Positions 13,951 through 26,260 of a stretch of 64,000 nt of DNA are shown in pieces (position 1 is the stretch's first letter; the number at the start of each line of letters is the position of its first letter). Under the pieces are notes generated by a model that saw nothing but the letters and a program-made list of their open reading frames with translations, was not told the DNA's origin and searched no databases. Origin of the DNA: Flaccisagitta enflata (lineage: Eukaryota); contig OZ231126.1 of NCBI GenBank assembly GCA_965153355.1, forward strand, positions 21,142,001 through 21,206,000, written 5' to 3'. Position numbers and translations under genes: made by a program.

Positions 13951-15035
13951 TTCCTTCGTATTTTGTGTCTGCAAATCTCCTCCCAACCCACCCCCTCCCC
14001 CCCTTCCCAGCTTACTGATCTTTTCAAGAGCCAACTCCCCTCTTTTCCTTCTTCTATTTTGATGGATTTTGTCTCCGCAAATCCCCTATCCAACACACTC
14101 CCCTTCCCAGCCTACGGATGTTTTCGTGAGTCTACTCCCCTCTTTTCCTTCTTCTATTTTGATGGATTTTGTCTCTGCAAATCCCCTTTCCAGCCCACTC
14201 CCCTTCCCAGCCCACCGATCTTTTCAAGAGCCTACTCCCCTTTTTTCCTTCTTCTATTTTGATGGATTTTGTGTCTGCAAATCCCCTTTCCAGCTCCCTG
14301 ATCTGTGTTCCAGGCCTCAAATCTGCCCCAGGCCTCAAATCAGCTCTCCAGGCCTCAAATCTGTGTTCCAGGCCTCAAATCAGCTCTCCAGACCTCAAAT
14401 CTGTGTTCCAGGCCTCAAATCTGCCCCTCAGGCCTCAGGCCTGCCCCCAGGCCTCAAATCTAATCTTCAGGCCTTAAATCTTTCCCCCAGACCTCAAATC
14501 TCGCTTCGATTACCTCTTGGGCCTGATTCATTACCCCTCAGGACGTCTGGAAATTTCCCCCTGTGGCCTACAGGACATCGGCTCTTTGGGGCCGCTGCCC
14601 TGCTCTCACTTCACTACTTCACCTGATCACTCCAAGCAGGGCATCGGGTACCGCTGACCATGTGCGATCCTTGGATGACTAGTTCCTTCGTATTTTGTGT
14701 CTGCAAATCTCCTCCCAACCCACCCCCCTCCCCCCCTTCCCAGCTTACTGATCTTTTCAAGAGCCAACTCCCCTCTTTTCCTTCTTCTATTTTGATGGAT
14801 TTTGTCTCTGCAAATCCCCTATCCAACACACTCCCCTTCCCAGCCTACCAATGTTTTCGTGAGTCTACTCCCCTCTTTTCCTTCTTCTATTTTGATGGAT
14901 TTTGTCTCTGCAAATCCCCTTTCCAGCCCACTCCCCTTCCCAGCCCACCGATCTTTTCAAGAGCCTACTCCCCTTTTTTCCTTCTTCTATTTTGATGGAT
15001 TTTGTGTCTGCAAATCCCCTTTCCAGCTCCCTGAT
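13951..15035. repeat. ~350-bp direct duplication (itself made of ~118-bp units) flanking a truncated family D element
   Basis: 13951-14302 is near-identical to 14683-15035 (ttccttcgtattttgtgtctgcaaatctcc...ttccagctccctgat). Confidence 0.9.
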
Positions 15036-15193
15036 GTCGCGTTCCTTTTCTCTCTTCTGACACAAACGGCTTCCATGAGGATTTTCCATTGAATTCTTTC
15101 TCCGCTTTTTCCCTTCCATTTCCGATACAAAAGAAAAAGAAGGAAAAAAAAAAGAAAAAAGAAAAAAAGATTCAAAAAGGGAGAAATAAGTAA

Positions 15194-15380
15194 AACAAGG
15201 CCGGATACACGGCTACCGAAGTCGCGTGCGGGTGGGCAGGGACAGTGATAAAAAAGGTCAACCAAAGCTTTGGGGCTGGAGCAGTAATGATTAACCGCCC
15301 ATAAATGCCAGAAAAGCAAACAATGAAGGACCGACCAACCAACGGATATAGCGGGTTATAGAGTCGCGTGCACGCGACTA
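15194..15380 (-). mobile_element. HINE family A copy
   Basis: aacaaggccggatacacggctaccgaagtcgcgtgcgggtgggcagg ... gagtcgcgtgcacgcgacta. Confidence 0.75.
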
Positions 15381-15401
15381 AGATCGAAAGAAGACAAGTT
15401 G

Positions 15402-16297
15402 AATAGTCGCAAAAGCGTTACATGGTCAGCGGTACCCGATGCCCCTATGTTAGTTTATTTTGTTATTAGATGATGAGTGGGGCAGCGGCCCCGGAGGGGC
15501 CGATGACCTATGATTCCATGCTGGATAATTGCTGGGTCTTTAATACCTAATTTTGGGTTTAAATAGCCTGATTTGAGGTCTTAGTTGCCTGATTCAAGGT
15601 CTAAGATGCTTGATTTGAGGTCTGAGAGGTTTCAGAAGCTTGTTTTGGAGCTTAGAGGCCTGATCTTGGGTCTAATTCAGGGTCGGAGGCCTGTTTGTAG
15701 GCTGGGAAGGTCTGAGGTGGGTCTGATAGGCCTAGTTTGAGGTCTCAAAGATCTGATTTTGGGTTTGAAAGGCCAGATTTAGATCTGAGAGAACTGTATT
15801 AAGTACTGAAATGCCTGAATTAGGGTCTGAGAGGCCTGATTGGAGGTCTGGATGGCCTGAGCAGAGGCTCAAAAGGCCTGATAAGGGGTCTGTCAAGGCC
15901 TGATTTTAGATCTGAAAGGCCTGATTGGGGTTCTTAGAGGCCTGGTTAGGATTCAGGAGGCCTAATTTGAGGTCTGGAAAGCCTGACTTGGGGTCTGACA
16001 GGCCTGATTGAAGCTCTGAGAGGCCTAAATTGAGGTCTGCAAGGCCTGATTTGGGATCTGATAGACCTGATTGAGGTCCTGAGAGGCCTAGATTAGGGTC
16101 TGGAAGCTCTGATTTGGGATCTGATAGGCCTGATTGGGGGTCTGAAAGGCCTATTTTGAGGCCCAGGAGGTTATTTTCTAGGCTCGGGGGGGGGGGACAG
16201 ACGGACGGACGGACGGACGGACGGACGGACGGAAACCCGAAAATTTGCCCTATGTGGAATCATAGGTCATCGGCCCCTCCGGGGCCGCTGCCCAAAA
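15402..16297 (-). mobile_element. HINE-like family D copy
   Basis: aatagtcgcaaaagcgtta...gggcagcggccccggaggggccgatgacctatgattcca ... 21-bp array ... tggaatcataggtcatcggcccctccggggccgctgcccaaaa. Confidence 0.7.
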
Positions 16298-16319
16298 AGG
16301 AGGGACGGTTAGAAAGAAG

Positions 16320-16442
16320 AGAGATAGAAAAAAAGAAAGAAAGAGAGAGAGAATGAATAAATGAAATCGAGAAAGCAAGAAAGAAAGAAGGAAAGATAGA
16401 TAGTTAGAAAGAAAGGAAGAAAGGAAGAAAGAAAGGAAGAAA

Positions 16443-16488
<46 letters not shown>

Positions 16489-16492
16489 AATA

Positions 16493-16524
<32 letters not shown>

Positions 16525-16610
16525 GAATGAGAGAAAGAGAGAAAGAAAAAAAGCGAAAAAGAAAGAAAGAAAGAATGAAGGAAAGAAAGGATAAAAGAAA
16601 TAAAGAAAAA

Positions 16611-16706
<96 letters not shown>

Positions 16707-16765
16707 GAGAAAGAAGAAAGGAAGAAAGAAAGAAAAAAAGAAAGAAAGAGAGAAAGAAAAGAGAA
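16320..16765. repeat. (AAAG)n microsatellite (a similar tract lies at ~9525-9700)
   Basis: Directly visible. Confidence 0.95.
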
Positions 16766-17558
16766 TCGCAAAAGAAGTTCTCGTCGCAGATTTATCTTAT
16801 GACCTTTTCTAAATTTCCCCTTTTTGCAAATTGGAGTCTCTTTTCTATTTTGGCTCTGAACTGAAATAAGAGGCTGCGTGTTGGAGTAAATCCGAACAGA
16901 TGGAAATATGGTTTACTCATTACTAGCAACTACATTGAGTTCTGCCTGTCTGCCTTCAATGCTAGCCACCGAGTACAGCCTTACTCTTCATGCCATTGTT
17001 TTTGGAAGGATATGCGTTGCTAACTTGATTTCAAGTCGAAACTTGCCCAAATCGGCGTGTAACCACTGCCCTCTTACAAGGTTTTTTTTAGGGGACTAGT
17101 AAAAGGAAAACAAAACGACATCCTTAATTTCTCACAGTTTGTCTTATTGATAGGATAAGAAGAGATTAATTGATTAAGGGATGGAGAGATGAATGAAGGT
17201 TTGAAAGAAAGAAGGAAAAAATGATGAAACAAGGCCAAATAGGCCAATGCAGGCCGTATGGATCGCGGAACGAATGCGTTACCGACCAACCAACCAACCG
17301 ACAGACCGACGGACACATTCAGGAATCGAGGTGCGTTGTTGCACCTAAAAAATAGCAACGGGAAAAAAGATTGCTCATGCAAGGACAACAAATTTTCATG
17401 ATGAGTAATGAGAAAGCAAGCCCAGGTAGCTGACAGTAGCCCTCTAGGTATCTAAAAGATATCTAAAATTTTTTTCCAAGTATCTGAATGAGTAGCTTAA
17501 TTTTTCTTGTCATACCTTAGCGCTATATGGCAACGAATGAAATAACTTCAAGAAGGGA

Positions 17559-17812
<254 letters not shown>

Positions 17813-18075
17813 GACACATAGAGTGCTTCACATAACTCTGAAAGTCTGCATGGTAGTTATTCAATAATGAACTTTCAACCCACATCACATGTAAAGAATG
17901 CCAACACCTGTAAGTTGTGTGCAGAACATAAATAACTTAGGATGACATTATAAGACTCAAAATGACTTAAAATGACTTGAGTTAAGATGACTTTAAATGA
18001 CTTTGAAAGATTAAAAATGAATTAAATGACAAAATTGACCTATTTGACTTAAGTGACTCAATGTAGCGTGATCGG

Positions 18076-19330
18076 CAAAAAAGTCGAAGTCAGTCTTTGA
18101 CTTTTTGACATATTCGAAAGAAATAGGGTTTTCATTTTCTGATTAGGAAGTTGGGCATCTCATAGGGCTAATTGAGGCCTCCAATGAAATTCACAGGGTA
18201 AGTAAATTTGATAATTCTCTTTCATTTGGCACCAAGCAGAATTCTCTACAACAAATATTTTTTGCGCTATGATTTTTTAAAGATTTATTTACAAATAATT
18301 CAAATTGATTTTTTTTCAATTTTTTATGATTTCATGTAGGATCAATAAAAAAGTGTATCTATATTTGTTTGAACATGCAAATACAATAAATCATGTTTAT
18401 GAGCATAGCTGCTCATCTGTGAAGGTGTTTTTTAGTATTCTAGCTCATCTAGCTCATTTAGCTCATTTAGCATTTAAATCGATAAATAAAAGAATGATTT
18501 TAATCATTTCTGGGCATGCAAATACAAGAAAGCATGTCCTCAAGCATGGCTTGTCATCTGTGTAAGTGACTTGGAGTATTTTAGCTCATTTAACTCATTC
18601 AGCTTATGCTTATTTTTCTTTCATATTATTCAGTTTTAATTGGGAAAAAAGTTGAAGTCAGTCTTCAACTTTTTGATATATTTGAGAGAAATAGGGTTTT
18701 CATTTTCTTATTAGGAAGTTGGGGATCTCCACCGACCAAATGTGGCCTCCAATGAAATTGATAGGATAAGTAAATTTGATAATTCTCTTTCATATGGGGC
18801 TAAGCAGAATGCTCTACGGCAAATATTTTTTGCCTTATTAATTTTTGGAGATTTATTTGCAAAAAAATTCAAATTGAATTTTTTTGTTTTTTATTTTCAG
18901 TAGGATCAGTAAAGGAGTGTTTTTAAGTTTGTTTGAGCATGCAAATACAAAAAAACATGTTTCTGAGCATAACTGCTTATCTGCGGGGGTATTTTTAAGC
19001 AATTTAGCTCATTTAGCTCAATCTGTTTTTTTTTATTTAAAATGTTTTTATACATAGTTGAGCATGCAAATACAAGAAAGCATGTCAGTGAGCAAAGCTG
19101 CTCATCTATGAGGGTGTTTTTGAGTATTCTAGCTCATTTAGCTCATTTAGCTCAGTCTATTTTTTTCTTTTTTTTGTTAATGGGATAAATGAATAAATGT
19201 TTTGATGTGAGCATGCAAATACAAGAAAGCATGTCAGTGAGCATAGCTGGTTGTCTGTTTGAATGATTTTGAGCATTTTAGCTTATCTAGCTCCTTTGGC
19301 TCAGTCATATTTTTCTTTGATTTTCAGTGC
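18076..19330. repeat. Degenerate ~570-bp tandem duplication with ~130-150-bp subunits
   Basis: aaaaaagtYgaagtcagtctt...aaatagggttttcattttct at 18076 and ~18645; repeated catgcaaataca...gctcatttagctca units. Confidence 0.8.
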
Positions 19331-19342
19331 CATCAATACATA

Positions 19343-19388
19343 CCAGTAAAGGCGGCTCTCGCCGACCGGAAAAAAATCGTAAGGGCTG

Positions 19389-19455
<67 letters not shown>

Positions 19456-20476
19456 TGTGACTCTCACCCTCTCTCTCTCTCTGTCTCCCTCCCGTGCTCC
19501 CTCCCTCTCTCCTTCCCTCCCCCTCCCTCTCTCCCTCCCTCCCTCTCTCCCTCTTTTCCTCCCTCACTCCTCCCCCTCTCCCTCTCCCTCTCTCTCCCTC
19601 GCTCCTCCCTCCTCACCCTCCCCTCTCGCTTCCCCCTCACTCTCCCTCCCCTTCTCCCTCCTCTCCCTCCCTCTCTCCCTCTTCCTTCCTCCCTTCCCTC
19701 CCCTCTCCCTCCTCTCTCCTCTCCCTCCCTCAATCTCTCCCTCCTCCTACCCCTCCCTCTCTCTCTCTCTCTCTCTCCCTTCTTTTCCTTCCCCCTCACC
19801 CTCCCCCTCGCTCTCTCTCTCTGTCCCTCCCTCCCTCTCTCTTTCCTTCCCTTTTCCTCCCCCTCCCCCTCTCCCTCCTACTCTCTCTCTCCCTCCCTCC
19901 CTCCCTCCCTCCCTCTCCCACCCTCCCTTACTCCTTCTCCCACCCTCCCTATCCCTCCCTCCCTCTCCTTCCCTCCCTCTCCTTCCCTCTCTCTCCCTCC
20001 CTCTCCTTCCCTCCCTCTCCCTCCCTCTCTCTGCCCTCTGCTGAACTCATTTTTATAGTAATTTAGTGCTCAAAATTGAGATCGATGAAAAATAAAGATC
20101 TTTGAGAAAAATGCGGAAAATGCGAAAAAATAAAAAAAGATTAAAAAATTCATAGCGCCTAAAGTATTGGTCCGACAGTGCCCTGATTTTTTCCAGAAGG
20201 TGTAAAAAAGTGCCCTCTTTTACCCTGTACCAATTTCAACCCCAGCCTCGGGCGAGCCTAGTCGTGACTCAACTTCCTCAAAACGCCTCAAGCGAAAATG
20301 GAAAAAATTAATTCCTAAGCGAAACTCAAAAAATCGAAAAACGTTTTTCGATTTTTTTCCCAACAATTGTCCCTGATTTGATCTTACAAATAAAAAGATT
20401 TGCAGTGACTAAAACCTGGTGAAAAGTGACCAATGCTTACGACTTTTTTCCTTACGGCGACAGCCGCCATTACTAG
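19343..20476. mobile_element. TA-flanked TIR element containing (TG)n and C/T-rich tracts
   Basis: ta|ccagtaaaggcggctctcgccg...gaaaaaatcgtaag versus cttacgacttttttc...cggcgacagccgccattactag|ta. Confidence 0.65.
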
Positions 20477-21338
20477 TATGACTTGAAATGACTTAGAATG
20501 ACTTAGAATGACTTAGTTTGACTTAGAATGACTCAAAATGACAAACAAAAGTAAAGTGTGATAGACAGACGGATGGACAGACAGTTAGATGGATGGACAA
20601 ACGGATGGACCGATGGACCAACGAACTGACGGACTGATGGACAGATGGATGGATGGACCGACGGACCAACCAACATAGCGGGGTGTAGAGTCGCGTCGTA
20701 CGCGACTAAAAACACAACTAACTGGGCTCTATTGTATAGGTGGTGTTGGCCAGCCCCTTGAGAGTAGAAAGTCAAAACTCGATGCTGACAAACTGATACA
20801 CGGACGGATGCACAGGCTGAACGACGATATCTTATAGACAAAACGCGGCACTGCGAAAAAACTCGGAATTGAAACCGAACACCAAAACAAAAGGCGTCTC
20901 TATGTGCTTCATAGTGGGCGTATTCAATGGAAAACCTCTACAATTTTTATTTGAACACCCGATACTTTTAAACCAAAATTCAACAAATCACCCAAGGGTA
21001 ACACTGATGAGAAAACATTCCCTTAGAGGATAGAATCGAGGTCAAGCTTTATGCGACCGCCGGACATTCCAATCGTACATTGAGTACGCGGCTACGCTAT
21101 TAATCACGAACTGACTAGATAACTGATATTCTATCTTTAGTTGCGAACAAGCAACGCTATAAGAGGCTTTGTCCGTCCGTAAGTCCGTATGTCGATCAAT
21201 CGGTCCGTCCGTCAGTCCGTCCGTTCGTCCGCCCCTCCACCCGTCCGTCCCTCCGTCCATGAACACTAGTCGAAAAGTGCCAAAACGAGCATTATAGATG
21301 TTTTTTGTGCATATGGGTGGGGGACTTTGGGTGTGGAT

Positions 21339-21635
21339 TAGGGTGGTCACGAAATAGGGTCAAATTTCAAAAAATGATATACTCAAGTTTTTTGCACAAA
21401 TATACCAAATAAAAAGGTTTTCCCACAAGTAGAGGTCTAAATTTGAAGATTAAACCATGGCAGCAAAACTATAGGCTTCATATGGCAATAAAAAAATCCC
21501 CATAGCAAGCCTTTAGTTTTGCCAACAAGGTTTCTTGTTTGGTTTCACTCCCCAGCTTGTGAGAAATCTTTCTTTTATTGGACATTTGCGCAAAGGGCTC
21601 AAGTATATCAATATATGAAATTCCGGACCACCCTA
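21339..21635. mobile_element. hAT-type MITE, 8-bp TSD gtgtggat
   Basis: gtgtggat|tagggtggtc ... gaccacccta|gtgtggat; inserted in a HINE-like element (~21138-21702). Confidence 0.8.
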
Positions 21636-21905
21636 GTGTGGATGGGGGTTAGATGCCTTTGCCCACCCGTCTGCAACGATATTATAATCCCGTGTAACTT
21701 GTCCATAAGCTCATTGTTTGTGACAAACAAAGGGACAAACGGAAGAACGAACAAACAACCCTGTATACTACAGGACTTCGACTCCTTCGGAGCCGCTGCC
21801 AGTTAGAGAGGAATGATTTAAGGGCTGAGAGAGCTTTGTTTAGGTCAGATACTCCGGAAGACTTATTTGAGGCAATTTGAGACGTGGAAGGGCTTAAAAG
21901 GAGGG

Positions 21906-22234
<329 letters not shown>

Positions 22235-23012
22235 GCGAATGCTTTGTATGCCTGTTTCCGCCTCGTTATTATATTATAGCTTGATTTTACTTGCTCTTCT
22301 TATTTTCACTTCTATTAATTCAAAAACCCTCTGAAATACATGCTGCTTCACTGCATTTCATCATAAAGACCTCTGGTTGGAGCCATCTGAAAGTAAACAA
22401 GGTCATTAGACCTAAGTCGCGTGCGTCGGCACTTTCAGAAAAGTCAGGCAGACAGACTGACAAATAAATTTTTTTCAAAAAGATATTCGAAATCGCTGTT
22501 TACTTCTCAATGTCTCTTTTCTACCATTCAGAGACATAAAACACGCAATGAAAAGCCTTTAAAACCTTTTTGTGACGGATGGACCGACCGACGGACCGAC
22601 TGAAAAGTGGGTTATAGAGTCGAGTAGCATGCGACCAAAAATTAGTTCTTTTAGCTGTGAATATCAAAAAATGTAAACTCCTAGTCCCTAAAGGGCACAA
22701 CTATCTAAAATTGCCACAGATTGAAAATGGATGACTTTATTTCTCCTCTACCTCTCAAAAAGTCGAACTTTTTTATCAAGCAACTAAAAAGTGTATTCGA
22801 TTATCTTTTTAGTAATTATCCAGTCGAAAAGTATAAAAAACGCGAAAAAGGCCGCTGCCCCCCTCCCCCACGAGGATATCGTTCTTTAGCGTTACTTGTC
22901 CCCAGAATATGTTAAATCTGAACATTCATGTGTGATTAAACCAAGAGAGAGGGGAACACTGAATGAGGAGAGAGATTTTCTCCTTACTCAGTAAACATGG
23001 CCGAACACAATA

Positions 23013-23659
23013 CGTTGGGAGCAAAGATGACCCAGACTGGGCCTGGGGGATGGATTTTAGGTATCTTAATTTCATTTGATTTATTGATCTATAAAACATT
23101 TACGATCTATGTTAATTAACGGTTGCTCTTTTGAGTGAGTGCTCTTTTCTCTTCTCCCAATCTTCAACTTGTGACTTGTCTTCATCAAGACTTCATTTTT
23201 AAAAGTAATAACCAAACATGATAGGTAGCGTATTATTGTACATGGTTTCAGAAATTAATTAGCTTAATCAGACTAATTTTAAAAGTTTTACATCTACTTT
23301 CAAAAAAGAGATGATGTTAAAAGAATCTTTTAGCAAATCTTGAAATGACAAAAAAAAAAAAAAAAAAAAAAAAAAAACGAAAAAAAAAAAACACGTTGAA
23401 ATGGTCCAATTGAGCTGGTTCTACTAAGTTAACCATGTAAAATTTTCTGCTAAATCCAATGAAATAGGTTAGAGCGTTCAAGAAAAAAAGTCTTGATGAA
23501 GTGAAGTCACAAGTTAATGTTTAGGAGATGCAGAGATATATACTCAAAAGAGCAACCTATAATCAATGAACATTTTAAACATTTTAAAGATCAAATGTTT
23601 GAACAAAATCAAGGTACTTAAAATCTCTCCTCCAGTCCTGGTCGTCTTTGCTCCCATCG
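23013..23659. mobile_element. TA-flanked foldback MITE with long degenerate TIRs
   Basis: ta|cgttgggagcaaagatgacc ... ggtcgtctttgctcccatcg|ta. Inner matches include ggttgctcttttgagt/actcaaaagagcaacc and ttcatcaagact/agtcttgatgaa. Confidence 0.8.
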
Positions 23660-25065
23660 TACTCTACACGGCTGGATAGACAGCAGTTATAGGCTGATTT
23701 TTGCTATTGCCGATAAAAGAAATAAAAAGGACCAACCTCACAAGACTAGGATTTCATATTCATTAAAGGCAGATTTCTGTTACTCTTGGGTCTGTTACAA
23801 CAGGGTGTATCTATGATTTAGTTTCTTAGAAAAATTTCTTTTATTTTATATGTTGAATCTACAGACCGGTTTCTATAACAAAATACAGTAGAACCCTGCA
23901 ATAATCCAAAATGGATAAGCAAAGCCTGAGAGAGCCCAATGGAGGCCTTACAGGGCTGTTTTGTGGCTTGAAAGGTCTTATTGGAGGCCTGAGAGGGCTA
24001 AAGCCTAAAAGGCCTGATTTGAGGCCTGAGAGGCCTAATTTGAGGCCTGAGAGGTCTAATCTGATATCTGAGAGGCCTGGTTTGATGCTTAAGAGGCCTG
24101 GTTTGAGGCGTAAAAGGTCTAATTTGAGGCTTAAGAGGCTTAATGGAGGGGGGAACAAATGAAGAAACAAACAGATGAATGGATGAACAAACAAAAATCC
24201 TCCTGTGTTCTACAGGACTTTGTCTACTTTGGGGCAGCTACCAGTTTGAAGGGAATGATTTAAGGGCTGAGAGAGCTTCACTTAGATCAGATACTCTGCA
24301 AGATTTATTTGAGGCAATTTGACCCAAAGTCCTTTGATGTTTCCAAATTCTGAGTTTATGAGTTTGCTAGGTCCAGAACCCAATTCACTCAAAAATGAAA
24401 GTTTTTCATTCAGGATAGTGAAAGATTTAAAAATACTAATAAACATCTTTTATAAGCAAAAGTTTGTTACTGGCAATGTGGGATAAAAACATACCATTAC
24501 CGGCGGATACACTGAAGCGGGGTCCAGCTGTACAAAGTTACTCAGCAAGAATACACAGCTGCATTTAGCTTCAATGAAGCTGCGGTCATGGATAAGAGCA
24601 GCGGCTGCAAAAATACAGCAGTTGCGATACTTGGATGAAACTCTGCGCTACTGCTGCCGCATCCACGCAACTGAATCACCTCTGAGAACAAAAGATCAAA
24701 CGTTGCTTGACAGAGGACTCTATCCACAAACGCTAGAACTATTTGCCAATGAGTGTTCTTTTATTTTTTTCTGGTTCCAGGTGAACAACGATTTTGGTGT
24801 GCGGGTTACTAGATCAATGACATCTGAGAGGAAGAAAAGGGCTCGTCTACGGTGGACAATTGTAACCAGGTACCTATGAGCTATACCATTTCACAACCAC
24901 TGCAAGGTCCCACCTGACGTCATAAACGGAGACAGCAAAAGACCAATTGGCTGTTCCGGCGATTTTGTATGTTTTTTTGCACGATTTTGTTTTTGTTTCC
25001 AAATCATCCGCCAGAGCGAAGCTTTAATTCAAGTAGCTTCGGGCCGTAATGCTTAAAACCCAGCC

Positions 25066-25152
25066 AACCCTTAGCCCTAACGCTAACCATGTCCCTCGCC
25101 CTAACCCTAAAAGTATCCCCAACCCTAACCCTAACCTCATCCCTAACCCTAA
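25066..25152. repeat. Interstitial degenerate (CCCTAA)n telomere-like repeat
   Basis: ccctaacgctaacc...ccctaaccctaa...ccctaaccctaacctcatccctaaccctaa. Confidence 0.7.
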
Positions 25153-25375
25153 TTCAAAAACCCGCTTAAAAAGTCTTAAAAACAAAAGATTACAGATAAC
25201 CATTCAACAGTACCGCTGTACCTTAATTTGGTGTAACATCGCTTTTAGGCGTCATGTTTCTGCCAACTTCAGAAAGCGTTATTGTTAGCGAAGTTGAAGA
25301 TTGGGTCGCGAAGTTATCACATAGACCTTCATCATCATCATCATCAGCATGTCTGCCTTAACCCTCTGACTATAC

Positions 25376-25404
25376 ACAACAATAACAAGAACAACTACTA
25401 CTTC

Positions 25405-25468
<64 letters not shown>

Positions 25469-25610
25469 CCAACAACGACAACAACAACAACAACAACAAC
25501 AACCTCAGAACTAACTTTCATAACGATAACAACTGCAATAACAATAACTACATAACATATGCATCATCATCATCAACATCAACATCATCATCAACAACAA
25601 GAACAACAGC

Positions 25611-25655
<45 letters not shown>

Positions 25656-25690
25656 AACAATGACAACAACAACAACAACAACATCAACAA

Positions 25691-25789
<99 letters not shown>

Positions 25790-25796
25790 CTCAACG
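25376..25796. repeat. (AAC)n microsatellite (a similar tract lies at ~38575-38995)
   Basis: Directly visible. Confidence 0.95.
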
Positions 25797-26167
25797 ACAG
25801 CCGCAACTGCATCAACAAAGACAGCAAAAGAACAAAAACCGCTCGTAATTCAAATATGTGACGGGCCGATGAACAGACTAACAGACTGACAGACGGACCG
25901 ATAGACGGGCAGACCCACACGTTAAGGCGTGTCCGCGACTAGAAAAAAGCCCCTTGGTGATTTGTTTGACGGCGAAAGCTCAGCTGGGATGATGGTAAAT
26001 TCACCGAGTGTTCCGACTGGTTGCCGATCCCCAGACAGGCAATTGTAGTTTGCCGTCGCATCAGGATTGAGCATCCATATTCTAAGCTTACAAAGTGGAC
26101 TCGAGAAACCAGCACATCAGGGACACTAGTTGACTGAAAAGGATCCTCGTAAATTTGTGATGTATAT

Positions 26168-26260
<93 letters not shown>

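Noticed and set aside
21005-21050. CTGATGAG as a hammerhead ribozyme core
   Set aside because: There is no correctly placed GAAA/stem II, and the motif is lost in the second copy at 55.2 kb.
24770-24785. WFQ peptide (tggttccag) as a second homeobox
   Set aside because: It continues VNND rather than NRR, has no helix 1/2 similarity, and looks like a splice acceptor.
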